64,000 nucleotides of DNA, taken from assembly GCA_964016885.1 (NCBI GenBank), contig OZ024740.1:383656001-383720000 (forward strand), read 5' to 3'. Below the pieces are notes generated by a model. It did not search any database. It saw nothing but the letters and a program-made list of their open reading frames with translations, and had not been told where the DNA came from. Both the position numbers and the translations under genes were made by a program. Below, piece after piece: positions 13,534 to 28,767 of the stretch; the stretch's first letter is position 1, and each line of letters starts with the position of its first letter. This DNA comes from Eledone cirrhosa (taxonomy: Eukaryota).

Positions 13534-14510
13534 TTACCACTGCGATTCTGTGTTTTTCTCTCTCTCTTACTGTTCCCCCATTCTCTCTGTTTATCCCCCT
13601 CTGTCATGTCAGTTAACTCTTCCTCACACTTTCACTCACTCACTGTTTCTCTTCTCTTCATTTCATCCTGTACACCACGAAGGCTATTTTTCTCTCTTCT
13701 CACATAGCCATCGCTCGTGTCGGGTCTGTTCTAAAAGCGCTCATATATTCACCTAGCTTATGCTAAACAGAATAATTTTTGAAGCTTGTTTCTTTCCCCT
13801 ACGGTTAGCTATACTCTTTGTTGTTCTCCTGTCTCACTCGCTTTACGCGTTTCAATTGTCCTAATAACTTATTTTGGTTATTATTGCACCGACGTGAGGT
13901 ATATGATTTTTAATGCAATGAAATATCTATGATCGTCGGCAAATCACTGATGAGGGACTCATTTTATTACATGTTATCCATGTGGCTACCTGCAGTATTT
14001 TTCTCTATATTTTATTACATTTATTTACCACTGCGATTCTGTGTTTTTTTCTCTCTCTCTCTTACTGTTCCCCCATTCTCTCTGTTTCTCCCCCTCTGTC
14101 ATGTCAGTTAACTCTTCCTCACACTTTCACTCACTCACTGTTTCTCTTCTCTTCATTTCATCCTGTACACCACGAAGGCTATATTTCACCCTTCTCACAT
14201 AATCGCTCGTGTCGGGTCTGTTCTAAAAGCGCTCATATATTCACCTAGCGTATGCTAAACAGAATAATTTTTGAAGCTTGTTTCTTTCCCCTACGGTTAG
14301 CTATACTCTTTGTTGTTCTCCTGTCTCACTCGCTTTACGCGTTTCAATTGTCCTAATAACTTATTTTGGTTATTATTGCACCGACGTGAGGTATATGATT
14401 TTTAATGCAATGAAATATCTATGATCGTCGGCAAATCATTGATGAGGGACTCATTTTATTACATGTTATCCATGTTCTACCTGCAGTATTTTTCTCTATA
14501 TTTTATTATA
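13530..14510 (+). repeat. Tandem dimer of a ~492-bp non-coding unit flanked by (TA)n
   Basis: 13530-14021 and 14022-14510 are near identical; offset 492 at CCGACGTGAGG (13889 vs 14381). Confidence 0.9.
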
Positions 14511-14714
14511 TATATATATATATATATATAACGAAGTAAGTGTGGTAAGGAACCAGATGGACCAGAAATAGCCGTCGAAACGGCTTGAGCACTGCCGTCG
14601 GGGTTAAACATTTTCCTATATATATGGTAAGTTATTCCGGGTTGAATCGGAGGTAACCACAGTAAGTAAAGTACTCAATACATAGCAGAGTATAAAAGCT
14701 TTAATATAGATGAT

Positions 14715-14761
14715 ATTCTACAGGACTAGAACTGTTTCATTCTTTAGAAATCATCAGGAAT
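14715..14761 (-). ncRNA. Type I hammerhead ribozyme (left arm of palindrome)
   Basis: Reverse complement ATTC-CTGATGA-TTTCTAAAGAAT-GAAACAG-TTCTAGTC-CTGTA-GAAT. Confidence 0.7.
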
Positions 14762-14767
14762 TTGCGT

Positions 14768-14818
14768 AGATTCCTGATGATTTCTAAAGAATGAAACAGT
14801 TCTAGTCCTGTAGAATTT
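14768..14818 (+). ncRNA. Type I hammerhead ribozyme (right arm of palindrome)
   Basis: Stem I AGATTC/GAATTT; CTGATGA at 14774-14780; short stem II; GAAA at 14793-14796; stem III ACAG/CTGT; GUA cleavage after 14812; U-U at 10.1/11.1. Confidence 0.72.
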
Positions 14819-14830
14819 CATCTATATTAA

Positions 14831-14872
<42 letters not shown>

Positions 14873-15439
14873 TTAATATAGATGAATATATATATATATA
14901 CGTATATATATATTCTAATTTTTACAGCGAAGTGGACACCTCTACTTATAAAAATGCATTTTGTGTGTATATATACATATGTATGTATGTATATAAGTTT
15001 GTATGTATGTATGGAATATATTAATCAAATCCATTATCTATAATAGATTTTTTCTAGATTGCATAAATATTAATATTTATTGATTACTTTTTCTGCACTA
15101 TCAGCAGTCTAGTTCTTCGAGGGTGACAAATTCATTTACAGTTTAGAAATAGCAATTTATATTTGCTTAAATAGCTGCCAATAATGCGATGGAGTAGATT
15201 AACTACCATTAAAATATTAAATAAATAAATGTAGTACCAAATCTTACTGACAAACATTTTCTTTCGTTTTGAAATATATAATTGCATAATGAAACCAATA
15301 AACAAATGATGAAAAAAACGAAAATCCCTAAATAAAAAGTAAATATTTATCATAAAAACGTAGACATTTCTTTAATCATGCCCAAGTTTGAAAAAAAACA
15401 CTAATATATACACACGGATATATATATATATACCATCGC

Positions 15440-17720
15440 CGAGATTACGAGAAAATACGCCTAAAGCAAATATTTCTCAAACTCAGCACAGCTGACCGTC
15501 CTAACAACATCCCAACTCTCAGCATCAACAGAGGCAAACAAGACGGTACCAACATCGAACGTAGCGGCGCCCCAACCAACAACACACCTGACGCAAAACA
15601 CCTCGTCACAGACTTGACAGGATCCCTCTCCAGAGATGAACTAGACCTCCTCAGCCTGGGACCCAAGTTCATATTGAAAGAGTGACTGGACGACAAATTA
15701 TGGCTCGACATAGAAACGAATTTCTGTCGGGCCGCCTACCAACTAAAATGGATATCGAACCTCGGCAACAACACCACGGAATCTAACACAACCAGATTCC
15801 CGCTATACCAGCTGGACCGCCCACTGTGTCCACCTCCTGCCAACCGCGGGCGGGAAGAAAAATTCCCGAGCCTAAAACATTACGTATTTAACATCTAATG
15901 GAAACAGAAGATAGCCCCAAACTTCTCCAGGACGCAACAACTCGCCCTGAAGAATCTGCGGAATAGGGAACTCATATACTTACCATCCGACAAAGGTAAA
16001 GAGTGTTGTGTCATCTCTCAAGCCACATACAACAACCTAGCCTTTGAACACTTAAGCGACAACTAACTGTATACAGAGGTCCAGCACATAACTGCAGCCC
16101 AGATCGAAAAACAGGCCAACTCCATCTGGTTCGACATATGTAGTACAAGACAACTCCCAAATAAATTTAAGTTCAATTACACCACTAGAAATAGCAGACA
16201 GCCCACTTTCTATCACCTCATCAAGACCCACAAGAATAGTACTAAGACACAAATAAGACCCACCGTCTCTAGCATAGAAGGGCCCTTTACAAAATCTCCT
16301 GGCTCCTCTCCCAGGTCCTCAAGCCTCTACTCCACCTTTCCCGGGCATGTCAGTAGCTCCGACGAGGTCATACATAGACTACACCAACTCCAGCCAGAGC
16401 AACTTAAATTAAATAGATACGCCTTTAGTCTCGACGTTGTCTCCCTCTACACTACAGTCCCCGCTCATCCAGCTGTCGATTTATTGACGGACTGCGTGAT
16501 GGCAGAAGACGTCCACTGCTACGCCCTCCGTCCGACGGACATACACCATCTTTTGTCCTTCACAGTGGACAACACGTACTTCACCTTCCACCACCACACA
16601 TACACACATACAACAGGATTACCCATGGGTTCTAGCCTATCGGGCCTGGTGGCCATCACTTATACGAACCAGCTGGAATGCCGAACCCTCAACACCTGCC
16701 ATTCCAATACCTTCTTCACCCGATATGTAGATGACATACTCAACCTAACATAATCCCGTGAAGGTAACAGAGGAAGCCGACATCCACACCTGCTTCTATA
16801 AAAAAGCCACGAGCAGGGACCTGTTCGTACATTTCAGATCAGCCCTCCCAGTCAGCGCTAATTTCGGATACATAAGGAACGAACTACACGTATCCAGAAC
16901 AAATGCACCGACGCAAGAGACCGGGACACACACACACTACACATTTCCTGGAAGTACTTAAACTGAACGGATACCCGACGTCCACCGCGAACCGTGCCAG
17001 AAACAACAGAGGACACCACACCCGAAGCACTAACACCTGCTTCCTGAAGCTCTCACACTTCAGTGACAAAACAACAACAGCCATCCGCAGAGCTATCAGA
17101 CGAGAGGGCCTAGATATCCAGCTGGACTGCTCAGGACCTTCTCTACGTGGACAGCTAACCAAAAGTCACTCCACCAGGCATGACACCCACTGCAGGCTTG
17201 CCAACTGCCCCATCGACGACACAGACCTATGCCACCAGGCTTACGTCGTATACAGATTAGAGTGCGACAAATGCAGCAATTTCTACATAGGTAGCACCAC
17301 CAGACCATTTCACGTTAGAAAAAAAGTACACCTCAACACTAACGCTTCCTCATTTAAGAAACACCTTGTGAAATGCAAAAACACAGACAAAAACATAATA
17401 GTTAGAATAGAAACTAAGGAAAGAAACCTCGGCAATCTTAGAATTAAAGAAGTACTTATAGACAAAACACAACCACCAATCAATTACAGACTAGAACTCA
17501 ACATCCAATTTTTTAACATGATAGAGCACCTAGCCCCACACTTACACCTCCACGTACCATCTCACACACACACGCATGCTTACTATTTCCTGTCAGCATG
17601 ACTTGGCAAGCTAATTAGAACACTAGATTAACCCCTTTATTTCCCTCCGGAGAAGAGATATTATCTCGAAAATTAAGGATATTCAAATAAATTTAAGGTA
17701 AAAGACTAAGTGTCAGCAAT
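15440..17720 (+). mobile_element. Degenerate Penelope-like element (second family)
   Basis: LLSLGPKF (~15645), PSDKG, LDVVSLYTTVP, GLPMGSSLSG, RYVDDI, HFRSALP, YVVYRLECDKCSNFYIGST; multiple stops, frameshifts and an internal deletion. Confidence 0.88.
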
Positions 17721-18221
17721 ATCTTTTGCATTTGTATTTATATTCTATATCCATACCTGCATTGTTCTGGCCTTCTAACTCCAAACGATTATATATATAT
17801 ATGTATATTTATAGCCAACAAGTATATTAATCTTTCTAATTTGATATATTTCCTGGCTGCACTTTCAATTTGTCGGTCCTTCTCTATTCAATAATTCCTG
17901 TAGCACTCTATTTATAGGAAAGCTCTAGCGGAAACTCTCTCTAACTCCGACTGGGGAAGCAAATATAGTCACAACCATTCATATATGTAGTAAGATTAAC
18001 AGATAGTAAATAATCGCATATTTCTATGCCGTATTTATATGTGCACATTCAAGGTTTCTCTTTTCCGTTCATTTATAATCCATCGCCATATATCGGAAAA
18101 AATCTGATTACAAATAGTGCACTAACAGTGAATGTCTGTCTCGGTCACATGATGGCCTCCAAGCAGTTAAAGTAAATATATACAGATATGTATTTATATA
18201 TACATATATATCCACACACAT

Positions 18222-18327
<106 letters not shown>

Positions 18328-18565
18328 ATAACTGATGAACCGAGACTAACATTTCTTTCAACAATTTCTCTGGCGAAACATATCTCTGGATTTGTACGTG
18401 TGTAATATAGTTATAGAGGTATTTATTTACGCTTTAATTTATATTTTTAATTATCGTGTCTATAGTCTGCCTTTCATAGGTTATAGATTCCATACACTGG
18501 TGGTTTTTTCCCTGTATTATTGATAACGCACTATATATCTCTCTCTGGTGTGTTACCTTCTCAAC

Positions 18566-19945
<1,380 letters not shown>

Positions 19946-19966
19946 TTTGATAAACTGGTATAATAT

Positions 19967-20257
19967 AAAACGAAAAATCAGTGATGCATCTCAAATCAAG
20001 GTATTGTGTGTTACAATTGTTTCGCCGGCGGAGAGCTCGAGACACGATCATTGCATGGATCTTGTATCTCGAGACAAGATCCATGCAGTGACCGCATCTC
20101 GAGTTGTCCGCCGGCGAAACAATTGTAACACACAATAATTTGATTTCAGATGCATGAGACAAGATCCATGCAATGATCGTGTCTCGAGCTGTCTGCCGGC
20201 GAAAGAATTGTAACACACAATAATTTGATTTGAGATGCATCACTGATTTTTCGTTTT
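19967..20257. repeat. Nested inverted repeat: one arm followed by two reverse-complement copies
   Basis: Arm 19967-20070 is the reverse complement of 20071-20155 and of 20156-20257. Confidence 0.9.
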
Positions 20258-20280
20258 TTATTATATTTATATATATCTAT

Positions 20281-20353
<73 letters not shown>

Positions 20354-21227
20354 ATGTAGGAGGTGAGTAATATTGTAGAACAATAAAACTATGCGTATAT
20401 CAGATAAGTATCACTCAACAGTTGGTAGAACTGGTGTATATATATGTCTAGTTGAAAAATTTACCATTATCTCGATTTTCAACTCTTTAATAAATAGACG
20501 TACGGACGTATTTGGTCTCTGCATTCATAAATCTTTTAAGACCTTTCACAAAGTATACAGCTAATGTCCTATTACTTAATCTACGAATAACGGCTAATTT
20601 TTAACTTAATGTATTAATCCCCGTTTCTCTGCATTATTAAACCTTTCACCTTCGTTCTTTATTGACGTAATTTTTTTTCGATCAAACCTTCTTAGATTTT
20701 GTAAACAATCTATGACGTCATATGTCTTTCTACATTTATAAACTTTTCTAGCAATTTTCTTTATTTACTTGTTGATATAAAATAATAATCAAATACTATA
20801 CCCCACATATATAAATTTTTAATAGCAATTTTTAATTTTGACATAGATAAACTATTCTTATTTTTATTTTTTATTCTAGTCTATCTTATTTTATTTTATT
20901 ATTTTTTTATTTTATTTTATTTTATTTAAAAAACACCCCTTTTTTGTAATTATTATAATTATTTTTAATTTCATTTTTATTTTTATTTTATTTTATTTTT
21001 ATTTTATTAATATATTTTTACACTTCTTAATCGAATTTTTAGTATTCAAACTCAATATTAAATAATATACCCAGTTTCTTTATTCTAGACTTCTAATAGT
21101 TTTATATTAGCACATTCACCTCATGAATTTATTTATCTATCTATTTATTTATTTTTATTATTATATATTTTTTTAGCCGTTATTCACATGTGTTTTTTTC
21201 ATTTTTGACAGCGTTCCCGATCAAAAT

Positions 21228-21275
<48 letters not shown>

Positions 21276-21522
21276 CTCCTTCTTTCTTTTTTTCCTCTCT
21301 TCTATTTCTTTTTTCCTTTTTCCTTCTTCTTTCCTTTTTTTCATTTTTCCTATTTTTTTCTCTTCTCTCATATTTTTCTGTTCACAAGTGTTTTGGGGCC
21401 TCATATCATGTTGCCTTATTTTATCTGATGAGAACACAATGTTTGTCCCAGGATGATGTTGTTTTCGAAATGCGCATAATAAAATATATGGAACTTTTTT
21501 AACCATCTTTTAATTTCTTCTT

Positions 21523-21569
<47 letters not shown>

Positions 21570-21729
21570 ATTTATGAATTTACATGCTAACTTTAAGTTA
21601 GCATAAACATTCGAAATCTTTAACACGCTCAGTAGTTCTACAAGTTGATCGCTTATATATGTACTCACACACACTCACACACACACACATACATACATAC
21701 ACACGCACGCACACACACAACACGCACAT

Positions 21730-21776
<47 letters not shown>

Positions 21777-22609
21777 AATCAGGAATTGATTCAGTTTGAA
21801 ACTGGTTAGATCATTACTCAAAATAGTATTTGATACTTGGGGTATTAGAGCGTGGTTATATAACAATGAGTCGGTATTAAGGCGTGGTTATATAACGATA
21901 GCTGAGCTCTTGCTGTTTCAACAGGTAGTTCTATTTGTCTGGAACTATCTATTAAAACATCAAGAGCTAAGCCGTTGGATCCTGACACGTTAAAATATAT
22001 ATATTTACATAAATGTAAAGACTTTTCTTCCTTTCATTCTTATCTAGATGCGATTTGCAGCTTTGTGGTGATTATTGTTGGTGTAACCAGAGGTATTGTG
22101 TATTGAATACCCACGTCTGTACTTTCAATGTTTAATATATGTATGTTGGAGCATCGAGTGAGGTGAAATGCATAGACATGTAGAAAATAACTGTGGACAC
22201 GGCTATTTTCCAGAGTAGATATTATCTACATTTCTGAGCATATATAAATATATATATATTGTTTAAAGAAAAATAACCAAATATTATACTCAATTTAAAC
22301 ATTTATTTTTCCAAAATTATTTTCATTAATGAGTATGAATCTACAATTAATCAGTAATTGAATGGTTAATTAATTGTACTGCTCACGTCCTAATTACATC
22401 ATATTCTAATGTATAGCATTGTAAGAGCCCACAGTAACATTGCAATAACGCAATTAAGCAAAACATTTGGTCAACCAATTCCCCAGGGAATTACTAGAAA
22501 CCAAAATATACGATAGTGAAAATAGTTGTAATCACTGGTTGTACATTCTAAAGCTTAGTGTATTCATTCATGCATGCAAACATACATATATATAAACACA
22601 GACACACAA

Positions 22610-22664
<55 letters not shown>

Positions 22665-22665
22665 C

Positions 22666-22710
<45 letters not shown>

Positions 22711-22759
22711 TATACATACATATACATATATGTACATATATATATATATATACATATAT

Positions 22760-22940
<181 letters not shown>

Positions 22941-23246
22941 TATTAAAATAACAGATTAAAGTTTAAGCAAGAATCGCTGCTTTCACCCATCGCTGCTTTT
23001 CAGAAGTAGAGTTGAGATGGAGGGTCTGTGGTTTTCCTCAGATGTGAGAAAAACCACAGACCCTCCATCTCAACTCTACTTTAGAAAAGCAGAATAACTG
23101 CAAAACCGGTAAAGGAACCAAATAAATATATATATATATTTTTTTAAATAAGACTCCAGTTGCATATTCAATTTCATCTTTTTTTCTGTATACCTTCACT
23201 CGTGTAGGACACCTCGGTTATTTTTCATTTTGTAAAAAAACTTCAC

Positions 23247-23306
<60 letters not shown>

Positions 23307-23405
23307 GTGAGGTTTTTTTATAAAATAAAAAATAACCGAGGTGCCCCAAGGCTCTGATACTATCAACACTATACACACAGAGCTGGCATATCTAAGAACT
23401 GACTA

Positions 23406-23461
23406 ACTGCCTGATGAGGTCATAGCCATTCAATGTCTATCATCGAAATATAAATAGCAGT
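23406..23461 (+). ncRNA. Minimal type I hammerhead ribozyme, unit 1
   Basis: ACTGC-CTGATGA-G(GTCATAGCCATTCAATGTCTATCAT)C-GAAA-T-ATAA-A-TA-GCAGT; 5-bp stem I, 2-bp stem III, AUA cleavage after 23456, then AATAAA. Confidence 0.78.
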
Positions 23462-23603
23462 AAATAAAGGATTATGAGTTCATGCAATTGACTTATGTTT
23501 CGTCACTATATATATATGTATACTTACAGACCAACATCTAACCAAATAATATTTTGTATCAATGGGTTAAAGACATCTGTTAAATGAATTAGTGGTGAAG
23601 GTG

Positions 23604-23739
<136 letters not shown>

Positions 23740-23915
23740 ATTTATGAATCTTTATGCTAACTTTAAGTTAGCATAAAAATTCGAAATCTTTAACATGCTC
23801 AGTAGTTCTACAAGTTGATCGCTTATATATGTACTCACACACACTCACACACACACACATACATACATACACACGCACGCAACACACACAACACGCACAT
23901 ACATACACGCACACC

Positions 23916-23964
<49 letters not shown>

Positions 23965-24783
23965 CAGGAATTGATTCAGTTTGAAACTGGTTAGATCATT
24001 ACTCAAAATAGTATTTGATACTTGGGGTATTAGAGCGTATGAGTCGGTATTAAGGCGTGGTTATATAACGATAGCTGAGCTCCTGCTGTTTCAACAGGTA
24101 GTTCTATTTGTCTGGAACTATCTATTAAAACATCAAGAGCTAAGCCGTTGGATCCTGACACGTTAAAATATATATATTTACATAATTGTAAAGACTTTTT
24201 CTTCCTTTCATTCTTATCTAGATGCGATTTGCAGCTTTGTGGTGATTATTGTTGGTGTAACCAGAGGTATTGTGTATTGAATACCCACGTCTGTACTTTG
24301 AATGTTTAATATATGTATGTGGAGCATCGAGTGAGGTGAAATGCATAGACATGTAGAAAATATCTGTGCACACGGCATTTTTCCAGAGTAGATATTATCT
24401 ACATTTCTGACCATATATAAATATATATATATTGTTTAAAGAAAAATAACCAAATATTATACTCAATTTAAACATTTATTTTTCCAAAATTATTTTCATT
24501 AAGGAGTATGAATCTACAATTAATCAGTAATTGAATGGTAAATTAATTGTACTGCTCACGTCCTAATTACAATATATTCTAATGTATAGCATTGTAAGAG
24601 CCCACAGTAACATTGCAATAACACAATTATGCAAAACATTTGGTCAACCAATTCCCAGGGAATTACTAGAAACCAAAATATACGATAGTGAAAATAGTTG
24701 TAATCACCGGTTGTACATTCTAAAGCTTAGTGTATTCATTCATGCATGCAAACATACATATATATAAACACAGACACACAAGC

Positions 24784-24849
<66 letters not shown>

Positions 24850-24866
24850 CATATATATATATATAC

Positions 24867-24937
<71 letters not shown>

Positions 24938-25244
24938 TATTAAAATAACAGATTAAAGTTTAAGCAAGAGTCGCTGCTTTCACCCATCGCTGCTTTTCAG
25001 AAGTAGAGTTGAGATGGAAGGTCTGTGGTTTTCCTCAGATGTGAGAAAAACCACAGACCCTCCATCTCAACTCTACTTTTGAAAAGCAGAATAACTGCAA
25101 AACCGGTAAAGGAACCAAATAAATATATATATATATTTTTTTAAATAAGACTCCAGTTGTATATTCAATTTCATCTTTTTTTCTGTATACCTTCACTCGT
25201 GTAGGACACCTCGGTTATTTTTCATTTTGTAAAAAAACTTCACT

Positions 25245-25307
<63 letters not shown>

Positions 25308-25406
25308 GTGAGGTTTTTTTATAAAATAAAAAATAACCGAGGTGCCCCAAGGCTCTGATACTATCAACACTATACACACAGAGCTGGCATATCTAAGAAC
25401 TGACTA

Positions 25407-25462
25407 ACTGCCTGATGAGGTCATAGCCATTCAATGTCTATCATCGAAATATAAATAGCAGT
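25407..25462 (+). ncRNA. Minimal type I hammerhead ribozyme, unit 2
   Basis: Same sequence as 23406-23461. Confidence 0.78.
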
Positions 25463-25604
25463 AAATAAAGGATTATGAGTTCATGCAATTGACTTATGTT
25501 TCGTCACTATATATATATGTATACTTACAGACCAACATCTAACCAAATAATATTTTGTATCAATGGGTTAAAGACATCTGTTAAATGAATTAGTGGTGAA
25601 GGTG

Positions 25605-25690
<86 letters not shown>

Positions 25691-25692
25691 AT

Positions 25693-25746
<54 letters not shown>

Positions 25747-25919
25747 ATTTATGAATCTTTATGCTAACTTTAAGTTAGCATAAAAATTCGAAATCTTTAA
25801 CATGCTCAGTAGTTCTACAAGTTGATCGCTTATATATGTACTCACACACACTCACACACACACACATACATACACACGCACGCACACACACACAACACGC
25901 ACATACATACACGCACACC

Positions 25920-25976
<57 letters not shown>

Positions 25977-26796
25977 CAGGAATTGATTCAGTTTGAAACT
26001 GGTTAGATCATTACTCAAAATAGTATTTGATACTTGGGGTATTAGAGCGTATGAGTCGGTATTAAGGCGTGGTTATATAACGATGGCTGAGCTCCTGCTG
26101 TTTCAACAGGTAGTTCTATTTGTCTGGAACTATCTATTAAAACATCAAGAGCTAAGCCGTTGGATCCTGACACGTTAAAATATATATATTTACATAATTG
26201 TAAAGACTTTTTCTTCCTTTCATTCTTATCTAGATGCGATTTGCAGCTTTGTGGTGATTATTGTTGGTGTAACCAGAGGTATTGTGTATTGAATACCCAC
26301 GTCTGTACTTTGAATGTTTAATATATGTATGTGGAGCATCGAGTGAGGTGAAATGCATAGACATGTAGAACATATCTGTGCACACGGCATTTTTCCAGAG
26401 TAGATATTATCTACATTTCTGACCATATATAAATATATATATATTGTTTAAAGAAAAATAACCAAATATTATACTCAATTTAAACATTTATTTTTCCAAA
26501 ATTATTTTCATTAATGAGTATGAATCTACAATTAATCAGTAATTGAATGGTAAATTAATTGTACTGCTCACGTCCTAATTACAATATATTCTAATGTATA
26601 GCATTGTAAGAGCCCACAGTAACATTGCAATAACACAATTATGCAAAACATTTGGTCAACCAATTCCCCAGGGAATTACTAGAAACCAAAATATACGATA
26701 GTGAAAATAGTTGTAATCACCGGTTGTACATTCTAAAGCTTAGTGTATTCATTCATGCATGCAAACATACATATATATAAACACAGACACACAAGC

Positions 26797-26862
<66 letters not shown>

Positions 26863-26879
26863 CATATATATATATATAC

Positions 26880-26982
<103 letters not shown>

Positions 26983-27288
26983 TATTAAAATAACAGATTA
27001 AAGTTTAAGCAAGAGTCGCTGCTTTCACCCATCGCTGCTTTTCAGAAGTAGAGTTGAGATGGAAGGTCTGTGGTTTTCCTCAGATGTGAGAAAAACCACA
27101 GACCCTCCATCTCAACTCTACTTTTGAAAAGCAGAATAACTGCAAAACCGGTAAAGGAACCAAATAAATATATATATATATTTTTTTAAATAAGACTCCA
27201 GTTGTATATTCAATTTCATCTTTTTTTCTGTATACCTTCACTCGTGTAGGAAACCTCGGTTATTTTTCATTTTGTAAAAAAACCTCAC

Positions 27289-27350
<62 letters not shown>

Positions 27351-27450
27351 GTGAGGTTATTTTATAAAATAAAAAAATAACCGAGGTGTCCCAAGGCTCT
27401 GATACTATCAACACTATACACACAGAGCTGGCATATCTAAGAACTGACTA

Positions 27451-27506
27451 ACTGCCTGATGAGGTCATAGCCATTCAATGTCTATCATCGAAATATAATT
27501 AGCAGT
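27451..27506 (+). ncRNA. Minimal type I hammerhead ribozyme, unit 3 (16.2 A>T variant)
   Basis: As unit 1 but GAAA-T-ATAA-T-TA-GCAGT. Confidence 0.68.
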
Positions 27507-27654
27507 AAATAAAGGATTATGAGTTCATGCAACTGACTTATGTTTCGTCACTATATATATATATATATATATACTTACAGACCAACTTCTGACCAAATAA
27601 TATTTGGTATCAATGGGTTAAAGACATCTGTTAAATGAATTAGTGGTGAAGGTA

Positions 27655-27786
<132 letters not shown>

Positions 27787-28549
27787 CATTATTATAAAAT
27801 AACAGGAGGCCGGACCGGTGCAACTCATTAAAAGGTCTATTACTTCATGATCACCTCAAAGACCGTGTTAAGCATGAATCCAGTGACATAATCAGGCACT
27901 CGAAATATAACAAAGGAATGCAATATATATATATATATATATAATTACACACACACACACAGGCACACACACATTCATATATTGAGTGAGTGTGAAAGAC
28001 CAAAGGTCATTATTGAAAGTCAATGGATTTCGCAAAATACATAAAATTTGATTGCACTGTTTTGTTTCCACTTTAGTATTTTTTAAAAATGTTATTTATT
28101 CATTATAAAAAATTAAATGATAGCATTCTATATGTAGGTGTGGCCCCCCTCATCTGGCAACAAGTACTTTTAGACCTAGTCCTCCACTGTATACATATAT
28201 ATAATGCCAATCATTGTAAGTTTGAATCTAACTGACATGCAAAAACATATATGTAGGAATAAGGTAAGCCCAAAACAGAGAAAATTCAAATACGACAGAG
28301 AGAAATAGAGAGAGAGAGAGAGCGGGAGACGGGTGAAATGAGGTGCAACAGAAATGAAACATGGATTACAGTTCAAAATATAGTCTAGATAGATGTGAAA
28401 CAAAACGAGGATGTACTTTATGGAACACCCAAATGATTTAGAAGTCGACATTAAGTAGGAGAAATAACATTAAGAAAGACATGAACGATACCACAACACT
28501 TTGTTTTAAAAGTAGGTTTATAAGTATGAATTTTCATGAGATTTTCGCA

Positions 28550-28767
28550 GTTTCCGCCGTGTAATAGCAGTAGGTACTAGAGACGTGGAGATCTTGGCCT
28601 TGGGTTCAATCCTGGTCAAGAGGTACATGTGACCTTTTTCAGTTTTTATTTTACAACCAATAGAAAAAATACTGGAAAGGTATACTGGTAACCATAGTCC
28701 CGACCAGGATCGAACTTTAGACCAAGGTCATTACCGTCTATGATTCCTCCAACTAGGCCACCGAGAC
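28550..28767. repeat. Two convergent tRNA-like (A/B box) heads
   Basis: + copy 28550-28623 has B-box GGTTCAATCC; - copy 28697-28767 has acceptor-like GTCTCGG/TCGGGAC, A-box TGGCCTAGTTGG and B-box GTTCGATCC. Confidence 0.6.

Noticed and set aside
20495-20555. Minus-strand HHR-like hairpin (GGTCTT..AGACC)
   Set aside because: Both core boxes are too degenerate to support a call.
28697-28767. Functional tRNA gene
   Set aside because: The anticodon and T arms do not pair convincingly; treated as a tRNA-derived repeat.
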